Source of the DNA: an uncultured Gammaproteobacteria bacterium | Lineage (GTDB): Bacteria; Pseudomonadota; Gammaproteobacteria; UBA9214 | DNA: 64,000 bases | Direction of reading: 5' to 3' | Assembly: GCA_963773065.1 (NCBI GenBank) | Contig: CAVYZN010000028.1 | Span: 67,117 to 131,116, forward strand | Shown here: positions 1-12,606 of the stretch, in pieces | Numbering within the stretch: the first letter of the stretch is position 1 | Layout: each line of letters opens with the position of its first letter | The notes under the pieces: model-generated | What the model was told of the DNA's origin: nothing | Seen by the model: the letters and a program-made list of their open reading frames with translations, nothing else | Database searches by the model: none | Position numbers and translations under genes: made by a program

Positions 1-251
1 TGCCAGTCATGACATCAGACCCCATGTATGGCTGGAGACCGACACGCATTTCATCGACGGCTCAACTCTGCCGCGCTGGGGGTATATAACGGTCATTCCA
101 CGGCAACGGGTCGCCCACCGCCCCGGCGAGGTCATCCCCGGCTTTACCTGGGTATTGATACTGGAGCAGCGCAGTGACCCAGAATTCCTGAACTACATCG
201 CCACCCACCGCGCCCGCTTCGAACGCGCTCTGCAAGGAGTGGAATCACGCC

Positions 252-596
252 ATGAGTGACTGGAGCGAGAGAGCCAGGGACGCCATGAAACGGCGCGGCA
301 TGACTCACCTGCATCTCGCCAGGGAACTGGGTGTCCACCAGGCTACCGTCGGCCGGTGGCTGAGCGGTCGCAGCACCCCCGGCGCCGGGACCATCCGCCA
401 CATCGGCAGCGTGCTGGGGATCAGACTGACGGAGCCCGGCAGCGCCGACGCCGGTGATATCCAGGAGCGCGAGCTGCTGGCCGCCTTTCACCGCATGACG
501 GCGGCGGAACGCGCACTGCTGCTGCAATATCTCAGGGACAAGGAGGACCGCCCCGACAATAGTCAGGGGATATCTCGACTGCTGAAATGTGAATAG
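252..596 (+). CDS. XRE/Cro-family helix-turn-helix transcriptional regulator
   Basis: N-terminal HTH pattern (MTHLHLARELGVHQATVGRWLSGRSTP) plus a C-terminal ERELLAAFHRMTAAER segment typical of small XRE proteins. Confidence 0.8.
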   Translation: MSDWSERARDAMKRRGMTHLHLARELGVHQATVGRWLSGRSTPGAGTIRHIGSVLGIRLTEPGSADAGDIQERELLAAFHRMTAAERALLLQYLRDKEDRPDNSQGISRLLKCE

Positions 597-602
597 ACAC
601 GC

Positions 603-1041
603 ATGATCAAAATCAGCCTGTTACTGATCATCCTGGCGGTAATCGCCGGCATCGGGTGGCTGCTTCGCGTCCGGCACCACAGGCCGCGCACTCGTACTTC
701 GAGACCCGAAGCCGTCATCAACACTTCGTCCCGGCAATTGGAAGCACTACGGGCGAACAAGAACTATTGGGGCGTGGAAATTCAATCATGCATATGCACG
801 GTGGCGAAGACACTGGCCGGCAAACCGTTTCCTTTTAATGAAGCCCCGACCCTGCCACTCGGTGATTGTCCCGCAAACTGCTGCACCTGCAGTCTACGTG
901 GGACTGAGGGAACGCCGCGTGAGGCATCAGCGCGTATCGCCGGACCGTAGACATCTGATCCGCTATCTGCATCATAATTCGGACCGGCGCTGCCACAAGG
1001 AACGCCGTAAGATCGACGTGTGGCGCACCCGGAGATGGTAG
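603..1041 (+). CDS. Membrane-anchored Cys-rich hypothetical protein; frameshift near 890
   Basis: N-terminal TM helix and APTLPLGDCPANCCTC motif; continues in ORF 838..1041 (YVGLRERR..DRR..DRR..ERRK). Confidence 0.55.
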
Positions 1042-1169
1042 CCTCAATACCCGGCAGCAATCGTCACCTCCTGGCAAACCGGATGCAGCCCGCCCATGCC
1101 CGCAAGGCGGCGAATACGCTTGGATGGCTACGGATCCTGGAGAGAGTGGAAGATCTTGAGACGCTGGAT

Positions 1170-1199
1170 AAAAAAATCCCCGGCCTCTCGGCTGGGGAT
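1170..1199 (-). terminator. Probable intrinsic terminator
   Basis: Hairpin atccccggcc-tctc-ggctggggat preceded by an A-run (T-run on minus strand). Confidence 0.5.
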
Positions 1200-1386
1200 G
1201 AATTTACGGAGACGAATACGGGGTATTCGTTGCAACCTTTTTACCACCTGGTTACCCACGGCTGACTCACGGATTCGATAATTGACAACAGCCCGGTTGG
1301 AGGCTGGATACCTACCTGCTCTCCCTTTACCCATCCCGCTTTCTGCCTGGTTGGGTTGGCTAGGTAAAAATACCGTCGGTATGGCA

Positions 1387-1929
1387 TCAGGGATTGAAGC
1401 CGTCCGGCGAGGCCAGCCATTCGATTTCATCGGGCGTGCTCTCGCGACCAAGAATGGCATTGCGATGCGGGAAGCGGCCAAAGCGCCGCACGATGCCGCG
1501 ATGGTGTTCGGCCCACCTGAGGTTCTCCGTGAGACCCGCCCGCTCGAACAGCTCGACCGAACGATCCTGGTCGACCAGCGCTTCGCTGTGCATGTAGGGC
1601 AGGTAGAGAAAAGCCTTTTGAATATCTGGCAAGGACTGATCGAGCCCACGCTCAATGGCGCGGCCCGCGACCTCGCGCGACTGCGCCTCGGTGCTGAAAC
1701 TCTCTGGCTTTCCACGGAACATGTTAAGCGGCATCTGATCGAGCAGCACCACGAGCGCCAGCGCCCCCTCGGGCGTCTGCTCCCAGGCGGAGAGCCGGCC
1801 GTCACGCGCCTCTTCCCATGCCGGCTCGAATCGCGACTTGAGCTGCCGGTCATAGTCGGGCGTTGAGTTGAACCAGCGCTCCCGGGACGCCGCGGAGAAC
1901 CAGAACGCGATGATCTCCTGCGGGCTCAT
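1387..1929 (-). CDS. DUF924 family protein
   Basis: IIAFWF...WF, LALVVLLDQMPLNMFRG, FLYLPYMHSE, RFGRFPHRNAILGRESTPDE motifs. Confidence 0.9.
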   Translation of the reverse strand: MSPQEIIAFWFSAASRERWFNSTPDYDRQLKSRFEPAWEEARDGRLSAWEQTPEGALALVVLLDQMPLNMFRGKPESFSTEAQSREVAGRAIERGLDQSLPDIQKAFLYLPYMHSEALVDQDRSVELFERAGLTENLRWAEHHRGIVRRFGRFPHRNAILGRESTPDEIEWLASPDGFNP

Positions 1930-2112
1930 CGAGTCATCGGCGGTGTGACATCCTATCGCCGGCGACCCTATCCGGAACCGGCCGGCGAAGAAAATAACGC
2001 CGCGGAGAATTTATCTCGTGACGGATAGCTAGATTCAGGATCCGTCCCGGGCGGCGCGGTGTTTTGTTTCCGGCCGGTACCGGGACAGCAAACCACATGG
2101 TGAAACCGCCGC

Positions 2113-2478
2113 TTACATCACGCTGCCGAAGCTGGAATTTTCACTGCCGGCGGGCGCTTCGAGGCCGGCGATCCGGCAACCCTGGGCGACCGGCCCGCGG
2201 GGAAACAGGGTGTAAAGATACTTAATGCCGCCCTTGGCGTGAAACTTCTCATCCAGCGCATCATGCAATTCGCGCGCATTGATGCCGGCATCCGCATTTC
2301 TGGCATAGTAATCCTGCAAGGCGCGCACCGCCGTCCAGTGATCGGTGCTGGTTTTCAATCCTTCTTTGGACGCGGTTTGCGCCGCGACATCGCGGGACCA
2401 GCCCGGGGGCGCATTGGGGAAATTGGGATCCGCGGCGTCGTTTTCCCTGGGGTGTAAAATGTCGTTCATCGTGTCCAT
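2113..2478 (-). CDS. TusE/DsrC/DsvC family sulfur-relay-like protein lacking the penultimate Cys
   Basis: WSRDVA..EGL...DHW.AVRALQDYY and YLYTLFPRGPVAQGCRIAGL motifs; ends SFGSVM. Confidence 0.85.
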   Translation of the reverse strand: MDTMNDILHPRENDAADPNFPNAPPGWSRDVAAQTASKEGLKTSTDHWTAVRALQDYYARNADAGINARELHDALDEKFHAKGGIKYLYTLFPRGPVAQGCRIAGLEAPAGSENSSFGSVM

Positions 2479-2639
2479 CACTTTATTCTCCTTCAATCGC
2501 TGATTGATCATCGCCTGAGCCGTCTTTCCCTAGACTTTAGTCGGGTCGGTTGACTTCATCAAGCCCCATTCCCGCGGCGGTCGCAAGTCCTGGATCGGCC
2601 GATTTACTCGACCAACCTCACCGATATTGTCTCACAACC

Positions 2640-2839
2640 GACCCGCCTATGCTGATCGAGCAAGCCGCGCCATGCCGCCAGGCAAACACGATAACAGCAG
2701 GAAACCGGGCGTGCGCACGCTGAAGAGAAGTTCTTCCCACTGTCCGACCCACGAGCACCTCGGCCCTGAGGTCGGCGATACTGTTGTCCGGGTCTTCATA
2801 GCGGCATGACAGCCGCAGTTGGAAGACATGTTCCTTCAT
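2640..2839 (-). pseudogene. Truncated or frameshifted fragment of a hypothetical gene
   Basis: MKEHVFQLRLSCRYEDPDNSIADL.. continues in another frame (GQWEELLFSVRTPGFLL) and then degenerates. Confidence 0.35.
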
Positions 2840-2908
2840 TATTCCACCCCTTTCGTTATCAATCTACCGCAGGCAGCCTCGGAGGGGCGACACGCTGCCG
2901 CCGCCTCG

Positions 2909-3085
2909 TCAGCTCAGCGCCGTAAGGCGTCTCTCAAGCAGCGACATCATGTGCGAACAGGCATCCTGCTGATCTCCCTCGAGCGCTTCGAACAGGCACT
3001 CCAGTTCATCCATGATGTCCATGATTTCCTCACGACACTGGTAGCTGTCCAGCCTGTGTGCAACTTCTACAATAAATGGGTCCAT
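2909..3085 (-). CDS. Small acidic helical hypothetical protein
   Basis: MDPFIVEVAHRLDSYQCREEIMDIMDELECLFEAL..; RBS-like GGGGG upstream. Confidence 0.55.
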   Translation of the reverse strand: MDPFIVEVAHRLDSYQCREEIMDIMDELECLFEALEGDQQDACSHMMSLLERRLTALS

Positions 3086-3498
3086 GACATGCCCCCGGAT
3101 TGGTAAGTGCACGGAAGACCGTGCCCTGTTGAATGAAATCCGGCATGCCTGGCGCCGTTGGAAAAGCCGCATGCCTTGCAGAGTAATATAACCCTTTCCG
3201 GCGACCCCGCGTAAAATGCCTGGTCCTGGGCGTGCGCAGGCACGCCATAACGCTCGTCAGCGCGAGCCTCACCGGCACGACCTCACGCGCATAATGTGAT
3301 ACAGAACCCATTGCCGGTTTTTATGCATACCATCAATCAAAAAAACTTTAGCATTTCCCATGACACTCGGTTAAACTCACGTTGATTGCACATTATTCAG
3401 GTTTTTTCGGAAGTTCCTTGTAGTATCTGCTGTAAATTACCTTTTAATGATATGCAATTGGACACATGTTATTTTGATTTTCACGAGGTGATTTACAT

Positions 3499-3702
3499 AT
3501 GGCGACAGGTACCGTTAAATGGTTTAACGAATCCAAGGGCTTCGGTTTTATTGCTCCTTCCGACGGCGGCGAAGATGTCTTCGTGCATTTTTCCGCCATC
3601 GAAGGCGATGGCTTCAAGACCCTGGTCGAAGGTCAAGCGGTGAAGTTCGAAGTTCAGAAGGGACCGAAGGGATTGCAGGCGGCGCACGTTACACCCGCCT
3701 AG
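3499..3702 (+). CDS. cspA: Cold-shock protein
   Basis: [18 protein letters not shown] (RNP1) and DVFVHFSAI (RNP2); GAGGT RBS. Confidence 0.95.
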   Translation: MATGTVKWFNESKGFGFIAPSDGGEDVFVHFSAIEGDGFKTLVEGQAVKFEVQKGPKGLQAAHVTPA

Positions 3703-3732
3703 CCAACCGTTGTTTAAGCTAGCGTAGTACCG

Positions 3733-3764
3733 GAACCCCGCAGCCTGCTGCGGGGTTCTTTTTT
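3733..3764 (+). terminator. Intrinsic terminator of csp gene
   Basis: gaaccccgcag-cctg-ctgcggggttc perfect stem followed by tttttt. Confidence 0.85.
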
Positions 3765-3828
3765 GCCTACAGGGATGTAGGTACGTCGCGGAAGGCAGGG
3801 ATGCCGGGAGCGACGCGATGCCGCCGAA

Positions 3829-4143
3829 TCAGGAATTACTGAACATTGCGTGAAGAGCGGCGCTTGCGGCACCGGCTGCACCGCCCGCAAGTTCATTCAG
3901 CGGCGAGGTTAGCAGATTGACCTTGTCGCGGCGGCGCAGCTTCTTGATGGCCGCCTCCCGCTTGCCCGCGCTGCCGCGGGTATGCCCGCTTTCGAGGTAA
4001 ACCACTTGCGCCGGGCGGCGCCCGCGGAAATACCTCGCGCCCCGGCGGCCGGCATGCTGCGAATAACGCCGGGCAAGGTCATTGGTGATCCCCGTGTAGA
4101 GCGTGGCATCGGAACAGAGAATGATGTAAACCTGCCAGTTCAT
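3829..4143 (-). CDS. GIY-YIG nuclease family protein (YhbQ/UPF0213-like)
   Basis: WQVYIILCSDATLYTGITNDLARR..H..GARY..A.KREAAIKKL. Confidence 0.9.
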   Translation of the reverse strand: MNWQVYIILCSDATLYTGITNDLARRYSQHAGRRGARYFRGRRPAQVVYLESGHTRGSAGKREAAIKKLRRRDKVNLLTSPLNELAGGAAGAASAALHAMFSNS

Positions 4144-4320
4144 CGCGCCTATGCTATCCCACCCGGGCGGGCGGGACTAACGTCTCCCCGTGATGGACAG
4201 CGGCTGTGCTAGTATGCTCCTCCCTTTGAAACCAGTCCTTCCCTTGCTTCGTATTGTTAGCCCTTCAGGTTCCCAATTTGCGGCATGGGTCGCGGGATTC
4301 CGTCATTACAGGAGCCAACG

Positions 4321-4806
4321 ATGCAGATCGAAAAACACCGGGTCGTCACCCTCGCCTACACTCTGAAGGACAATGACGACAGAATCATCGACCAGTCCGA
4401 TGACGGCAGCTTCTGCTATCTGCACGGCGCCAACAATATCATCCCCGGGCTGGAAAATGCCCTGACCGGCAAGGTGGCGGGCGATGAACTGTCGGTGTCG
4501 GTGCCACCCGAAGAGGGCTACGGGGTGCATGATGCCGGCAAGACCCAGGCGGTGCCGCGCGACATGTTCCCGGCCGATGAGGAGATCGAGGCCGGCATGC
4601 AGTTTCACGCCCAGGGACCCGAAGGACATGCGCTGGTGGTGACCGTCATCAAGGTGGAGGACGACCGGATCACCGTGGACGGCAACCACCCGCTCGCCGG
4701 CGTGCAACTCAATTTCGACGTGCAGGTGATGGAGGTACGCGCGGCGACCGGGGAGGAGATCGCGCACGGTCATGTGCACGGCCCGGGCGGACACCATCAC
4801 CACTGA
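4321..4806 (+). CDS. slyD: FKBP-type peptidyl-prolyl isomerase SlyD
   Basis: YLHGANNIIPGLENALTG, VDGNHPLAG, His-rich tail HGHVHGPGGHHHH. Confidence 0.95.
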   Translation: MQIEKHRVVTLAYTLKDNDDRIIDQSDDGSFCYLHGANNIIPGLENALTGKVAGDELSVSVPPEEGYGVHDAGKTQAVPRDMFPADEEIEAGMQFHAQGPEGHALVVTVIKVEDDRITVDGNHPLAGVQLNFDVQVMEVRAATGEEIAHGHVHGPGGHHHH

Positions 4807-4842
4807 ACGACGGCAGGACTGGCATCACTTCGGTTACGAATC

Positions 4843-5406
4843 ATGAAGGCAAGCGAACTCAAGAAAGGCGTGGTACTCCTGGTAAACGGCCGGAATGTCA
4901 TCATCAAAGGCGTGGAGGTCCAGTCTCCCTCATCCCGCAGCGGCAGCACCCTCTACAAGGTCCGCGGCCATGACGTGGTGAGCAGGCAGAAATTCGAGGC
5001 CAGCCTAAAGGGCGAGGAGGTGCTGCAGACCGTGGACTTCGAGCGCCGTCCGGTGCAGTTCCTCTACCAGGACACGGACACCTGCACATTCATGGACAAT
5101 GAAACCTACGAACAGTACAGCCTGGACAAAGCCACGATCGAGGAGGAACGCCGCTACCTCGACGACGGCCTGGAAGGCATCACGGCCCTGGTGGCCGACG
5201 GTGCGGTGCTGGGCATCGAACTGCCCGCGACGGTCGCGCTCGAGGTCGTGGATACCGCCCCGGCCATGAAGGCGGCCTCCTCCTCCGCCCGCACCAAGCC
5301 CGCCACGCTCAAGACCGGTCTGGTGGTGCAGGTCCCCGAATACCTCACGCCCGGCGAACGCATCAAGATCAACACCGTCACCGGGGAGTTCATCTCGCGC
5401 GCCTGA
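4843..5406 (+). CDS. efpL: Elongation factor P-like protein EfpL/YeiP
   Basis: EF-P fold; loop SPSSRSGS (Arg-tip type, not PGKG); SASARTKPA-like and VQVPEYL..GE.IKINT motifs. Confidence 0.9.
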   Translation: MKASELKKGVVLLVNGRNVIIKGVEVQSPSSRSGSTLYKVRGHDVVSRQKFEASLKGEEVLQTVDFERRPVQFLYQDTDTCTFMDNETYEQYSLDKATIEEERRYLDDGLEGITALVADGAVLGIELPATVALEVVDTAPAMKAASSSARTKPATLKTGLVVQVPEYLTPGERIKINTVTGEFISRA

Positions 5407-5514
5407 GCAGATACCTGATGGCGTCATTCCCGCGCCGGCGAAAATACCGGGATCAATGGAGCTTCACCGGGGTGTCTGGAGACTCTTCACACGTCGCGAC
5501 ACACTGTGCCGGCA

Positions 5515-5769
5515 TTATCCCGATTCAGTCTCCGGCCAATCATTATCAATTGACAGGCCGGCGGCCTTGATGGCGCGGACATGATAAAGCAGGTATTGAT
5601 GCTTGATGACGATACCCCGCGAGAAGCTCAGGATATCCTGCATGATGACATTCATATCCAGCCAGTCTTCCGCCTGAGTCGATCGCGGCGTGAGGATAGA
5701 TACAGCGCCGCGGTAGCTGAGGGTAAAGTCACAACCGGTCGGATGATGACGGGATGCTGGTAAATACAT
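5515..5769 (-). CDS. Small hypothetical protein
   Basis: GGAG RBS before ATG; DFTLSYRGAVSILTPRSTQAEDWL..AGLSI. Confidence 0.4.
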   Translation of the reverse strand: MYLPASRHHPTGCDFTLSYRGAVSILTPRSTQAEDWLDMNVIMQDILSFSRGIVIKHQYLLYHVRAIKAAGLSIDNDWPETESG

Positions 5770-6044
5770 GATGCTCCTCCCACTGCCACATTTTGTCTGT
5801 TTATCTTTCAATAAATCACGCCGGAAGATTATTTTTCCCAGGACGCAACCTTCAAAATAGAACACGGTACGCTACGCCGCTATAAGTATCGCTACTTATT
5901 TACAGGTATAGGTAATCTATGCCTTATACCACCGCAAGAGAGGGGCCACGCCAGCCCCGGGTTACCTGCTGTTACGGGTATCAAGCCATTGAAATGGCGT
6001 TTCACACCGCGGCAGGGACGAAGTCGGGGTTGCGGCCCTTCAAT

Positions 6045-7956
<1,912 letters not shown>

Positions 7957-7974
7957 GGGCGGAGAGGTAGTGAC

Positions 7975-9995
7975 ACGGTCGTCGGCGGCGACGACCCGGA
8001 ACATCCGGACCCCTGCATGCGTCCCGGGCTGATCTTCCGGGAGGGGTACATCGATGGGGATGGGGACGGGCAGAACGACTGCTCTTCACCCCCGCCGCAC
8101 GCCTACCAGCATCCGGGCGGCATGCAGAGGGTAGGCACGATCATGGCCATGGCGATGGATACCCCGCGCAACCTGCTCGCCGAGTGCTACGCGTCCTGTG
8201 TGTCCTCCGACCCGGATGAGGAAGCCATCTGCAGGCTCACCTGCGAAAACACCGTCCACTACGAAATGGCCTCCTCCCCTTCGCGCATCATGTTCTTCGA
8301 TGTCATCAACCCGGAGAATCCCGAGTTCAAGAGCCAATTCGTGCCGGTCCATTCGGACGGCAAGCCGCTCCATGACGCCGATGGTCTCGCCGTCACGCGG
8401 TTGCCGAATGGCCTTTACCTCATGGCGGTCGGCTCAGGCTTCCACGGCGACGAGCCGATCTATTTCGATCGGTCCTCGTCCAATGAGCTGGGGAGCAAGG
8501 ACCTGACCTGGGAGCTCGTCGGCACGGTTCACGACATCAACGACCATGACGAGGACGCGCACCAGTCGCTGCACTTCCTCCGGGAAGGGAACATCGAGGG
8601 GCCGCTCTACCTGGCCGGCTCACGTGGTCACCCGGTGTTCGGTGCGATCACGACAAGCTCGATCTCTTTCAGGTTGACTGCGAGTTTGAGAACTGCCCGC
8701 CCGTGGGCTCGATCACCCTCACCGTCCGTTATCGCGGGCAGGCGATGGCCAGCTTCCCGAGCACCGGAGGCGACCGCATCGCCAATCTGGCGGCCGCGAC
8801 CGGTTTCTACGAGAGCCCGAGCGACGAGTTGATCTTTTACGCCACCGAACACGACAACGACGGCCCGGACGAGACCGTCAAGATGGGCGAGTGGCGGCAC
8901 AAGGACATCGTCCGGGACGGGAGCCCGACCTTGTTGCCGACGGTCGCCGTGCACGGTCCGTACGACGTCGACGAGGGGAGCAGCGTCGCCCTGGACGGGT
9001 CGGCAGGCTCTCCGACCACCCGGGCCTTCATCCAGCTATTCAATGGCGTGGACTATGGCGGTTTCTACCCCGTGGTCGACTTCGACGACTATGACCGCGA
9101 CGATTTCGACGACTTCTCGGTGCTCGAGCCGTACCGTGGCGTGATCAACTTCGACTACAACGACCAGGCGGAGTCGTGGAAGTGGTACGCCCCGGTGGGT
9201 TGTTCGATCCAGGCCATCAATCATTTGTCCGAATCGGCGGACGAGATTCGGACCCTGGTCGGCACGGGTCTGGTGGAACGCGCTCCGGATCTCACGGACG
9301 TCTATAACGATGACGGGACTGCCAACATGAATCTCAAGACCGACACGGTCCGGTTCCTGGGCTGCGATACGTATTACGCGACACCGGTGGCGCTGCAGTG
9401 GGACCTCGACGCGAACGGCAGTTACGAGACGACGGGAACGGCGGTCACGTTCGACGCGGGTGCCCTGGACGGTCCGAGCTCTGTCCAGGTGCCGGCCCAG
9501 GCCCAGCACCCGTCCGGAGGCTCCGTCGGGCTCGCATCCGCGACCATCAACGTCAGGAATGTCGCGCCGGCTCTGTCCCAGTTCGACCTCGTCGACGGCG
9601 GGGGAAACCAGGTGAACACGGCCATCCCCTTCGTCCTTGTCGGGATGCCGGCCACGGCACATGCCCTTTTCGGCGATCCCGGCTTGCCGGACCACCAGAC
9701 CGCGACCTTGAACTGGGGGGACGGTCAGGTCGATTCGCAATCTTCGTTCGCGCTGTTCGACGAGGCCTTCGGCGACGGAACCGGCGAGCTGAGCCAGACT
9801 CACCGATACACCCTTCCCGGGACGTTCGCGATAGCGCTCGCCGTGCAGGACGATGACGGCGGCGAGAGCAACCAGGCCGCTAACATCCGGGTCGTGACCC
9901 CCAAGCAGGCGGTCGAAGAAGTTCTGGCCTCGCTCGACGATCTGATCGCCCAGACAACCGATCCCGCGGTTCGCGCCATCCTTGAACACCGCTGA
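7975..9995 (+). pseudogene. Internal fragment of a large secreted PKD-domain protein; frameshifted, no clear start, 3' end cut by IS remnant
   Basis: GPYDVDEGSSVALDGS, WDLDANGSYET, VRNVAP, LNWGDG, HRY..PG.F.I.L.V.DDDGG PKD-like motifs in ORFs 7648..8832 and 8703..9995. Confidence 0.6.
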
Positions 9996-11060
9996 GAGCA
10001 GATAGATCTGGTTACCCGCGAGCGTGCGCGTAGGCACATACTCCAACTGGCTGTCGGTTTTCAGTTCCGCGAACACCCCTTCCTGCGAACCCGGCCGTTA
10101 TGGAAGCTGAGGAGCTTGCCGGCCCGCACGCGCTTGTTGGTCACGATGACCTTGAAATAGTAGCCCAGGCGAAGGGGACGAAGAGGTCGAGCTGCACCGG
10201 TTCCTTGGATTGGACCTTGTTTCTCTGGCGAATGAACACAAAGCGGGCGCGCCGTGTCAGGTGCTGGGTTTCCACGCCGCTCAAAATAGGCGATCCGCCG
10301 TTGTGGCGCCACCACTGCCGGCGCGCCTCGATGGGCGCTTGAGTTTGGCGAAGCGCTCAAAGGGCACGCTGATGCTGTATGCACCTTGGGCCTCCAGCAA
10401 GCGGACGATGTCATCGCTGAAGAAGGCGCTGTCATGCGTGTTTCGATGAGCGCCTGGGGTGCACCGCGCGGATCGCCCGGATGCACCGAGGATGAACGCC
10501 GGGCACCGTGGAATAGCACATGAAGGGAGATGAAAAAAGATTGCGTTGAGACAGGGTGCAGAACAGCGGATAAAGCTGCGCTGGCCTCGAGGTAAAGCAC
10601 GCGCCGGCAAAGCGACGGTGGAGAGCACCGACGTCAAGCCCGCAATGCCTGCAGTCAGACGTGCCAGACGCTACAGGACAGGCACGGCAGAGCGGCGCAG
10701 CTCTCGGCACTGCAGATCGGTGTTCGCGAGACGGCTCAGGGTCGAGGCTCCGGCAACGGGTAAGCCCAGCCTCGGCGCAACTGCGGGTCGTCCTGGTAGT
10801 AGCGGATAACACGCAGTTCCCGGTAGCTCAGCAGCAAATGCACCACCAGCAGCAACACATCACCCTATGGCCGAAGATCGGGGTGAGGCGCAGATGTTCA
10901 AAACAGCCGCTGAGCTGGCGCAAGTTGCAGACGAGCAAACAGCGCCTGGAAAATAATGAGACCCGAGAACGAGGTGAGCTGTGGTCTCAAAACTCAGCGC
11001 GGGAAGCGGTAGGTACGGTGGGCGGTCAATGACCAAGTGCAAAAAGGCGGCGAGCGCGAA
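9990..11060 (-). mobile_element. Degraded IS1380-family transposase remnant
   Basis: Pieces in different frames: FQALFARLQL, LYPLFCT, DSAFFSDDIVRLLE..ISVPFERF, FKVIVTNK..FHNGR, VFAELKT..YVPTR..GNQIYLLSA. Confidence 0.65.
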
Positions 11061-11097
11061 GCGAAGCGGGAGTGAACAACCGGCGGGACGCGAAGCC

Positions 11098-11345
11098 AGG
11101 GAGAGAGGGGGGAGAAAGGAGAGGGAGAAAAGAAGAAAAGAAGGGAAGGAAGAGAGAGAGAAGGAGGGGAGAGAAGTAGAGAGAAGAGAAGGGGGAGAGG
11201 AAGGGAAGAGAAAAAAGGAGAGAGAGAGAGAGAGAGAAAAAGGGAAGAAGAGAAAGAAGGGAGAGAGAAAGAGGGGAAAGAAAGAGAGAAAGGAAGGAAG
11301 GAGGGAAGAAGAGAAAAGGGGAGCAAAGGAGAAAGCGGGAGGGGC
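11098..11345. repeat. ~250-nt almost pure A/G low-complexity tract (probable sequencing artefact)
   Basis: Nearly no C/T on the + strand and no regular period; flanked by indel-riddled sequence. Confidence 0.7.
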
Positions 11346-11518
11346 GCGCGAGAGACGCCAGGCGGGCAAGTCGCCGCGAGAGGCGGGCGCGAACGACCGT
11401 CAGGGACGTCCCGCCGGCGGCCCGCGCGCGCGGGCGGCGCGGCAGACGAAGCGCAGCAGCAAAGGGGAAGAGGGGTGGCTTGAGCGGGTGTGGGTTCGTG
11501 AAACGGTGTAATTTTTCG

Positions 11519-12583
11519 TCACTGCCAGTCGGCGATGAAGATGTTGGTCTCCCCTTTCACCTTGCCGTTGCGGTTGGAGGCGAACACCAGGTGCTTGCCG
11601 TCGTGGGAAAACATGGGGAAGCCGTCGAAGCCTTCATAGTACGTGATGCGCTCGATCGCGCGGGTATCGATGTCGATCAGGTACAGGTCGAAGTTGCGCC
11701 CCTGCGGGTCATCCCTGTTGGAGGCGAAGATGATGTGGCGCCCGTCGGGGTGCCAGTAGGGACCGAAGTTGGCGGCGCCGTTGTCGGTGAGCCGGATCGG
11801 TTTGCGCGCGTCGAGGTTCATGATGTAGAGCTCGAGTTTGCCGGGGCGGATCAGACCCTGTCTGCAGCAGCGCCCGGTAATCCTCGAGATCCTGGCCCGT
11901 CGGCCGGGAGGCGCGCCACACGATCCACTTGCCGTCCAGGGAGAAAAACGCCCCGCCGTCGTAACCGGGGGTGTCGGTCAATTGCTCCACGCCGCTGCCG
12001 TCCGGGTTCATCAGGTACAACTCCAGGTCGCCGCTGCGCACCGAGGTGAAGAGGATCTTATCGCCCTGCGGTGAATACACGTCCTCGGCGTCGTAACCGT
12101 CGGTGGTGGTCAACGGGTACCGGGTGCTCGCCGTTCGGCCCCGCGCGGAAGATGTCGTAATCCTTGTACAGCGGCCAGACGTAACCCTGCGAGTAATCCG
12201 GCTTCGGCGGGCAGTGATCCTGGTGACCGGTGGGTCGAGGCATAGATGATCGACTGGTTGTCCGGTGCGATGAAGGAACAGGTGGTCACGCCGCGGCCGG
12301 AGGAGACCCGGCGCACGTTGCTGCCGTCGGCGTTCATGCGGAAGATGGCATCGCAAGCCAGCCCGTCGCGCGTCGACTGGAAGATCAGCTCCCGCCCGTC
12401 ATGGGAAAAATACGCCTCCGCGTTCTCGCCGCCGAAGGTGAGCTGGCGCAGATTCTTGAAATGGGTCTCACCGGGCAAGACCAGGCCATCCGGGTCCGGC
12501 GGCGACGCGGCGTCGGCCCACCCACGGCCTGTTACGAAGAGCAGCACCAGGGCCGTGAGATAAAGGCGTCTGTTCATGGTCAT
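11519..12583 (-). CDS. Secreted TolB-like beta-propeller (PD40 repeat) protein; several frameshifts
   Basis: Signal peptide; QLTFGGENAEAYFS, GYDAE..YSP, GYDGGAFFS.DG, ANFGPYWHPDG, FDGFPMFSHDGK, ETNIFIADW. Confidence 0.85.
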
Positions 12584-12606
12584 TCGATAACTCCTGCCGG
12601 ATACCC

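Noticed and set aside
1200-1386. Possible sRNA between the DUF924 stop and the terminator
   Set aside because: No recognisable promoter or RNA family motif; may simply be a 3' UTR
10981-11511. Lys/Glu/Arg-rich ORF and polypurine tract as a real gene or triplex-forming element
   Set aside because: Aperiodic A/G tract embedded in indel-riddled IS sequence; most likely a base-calling or consensus artefact. Needs read inspection.
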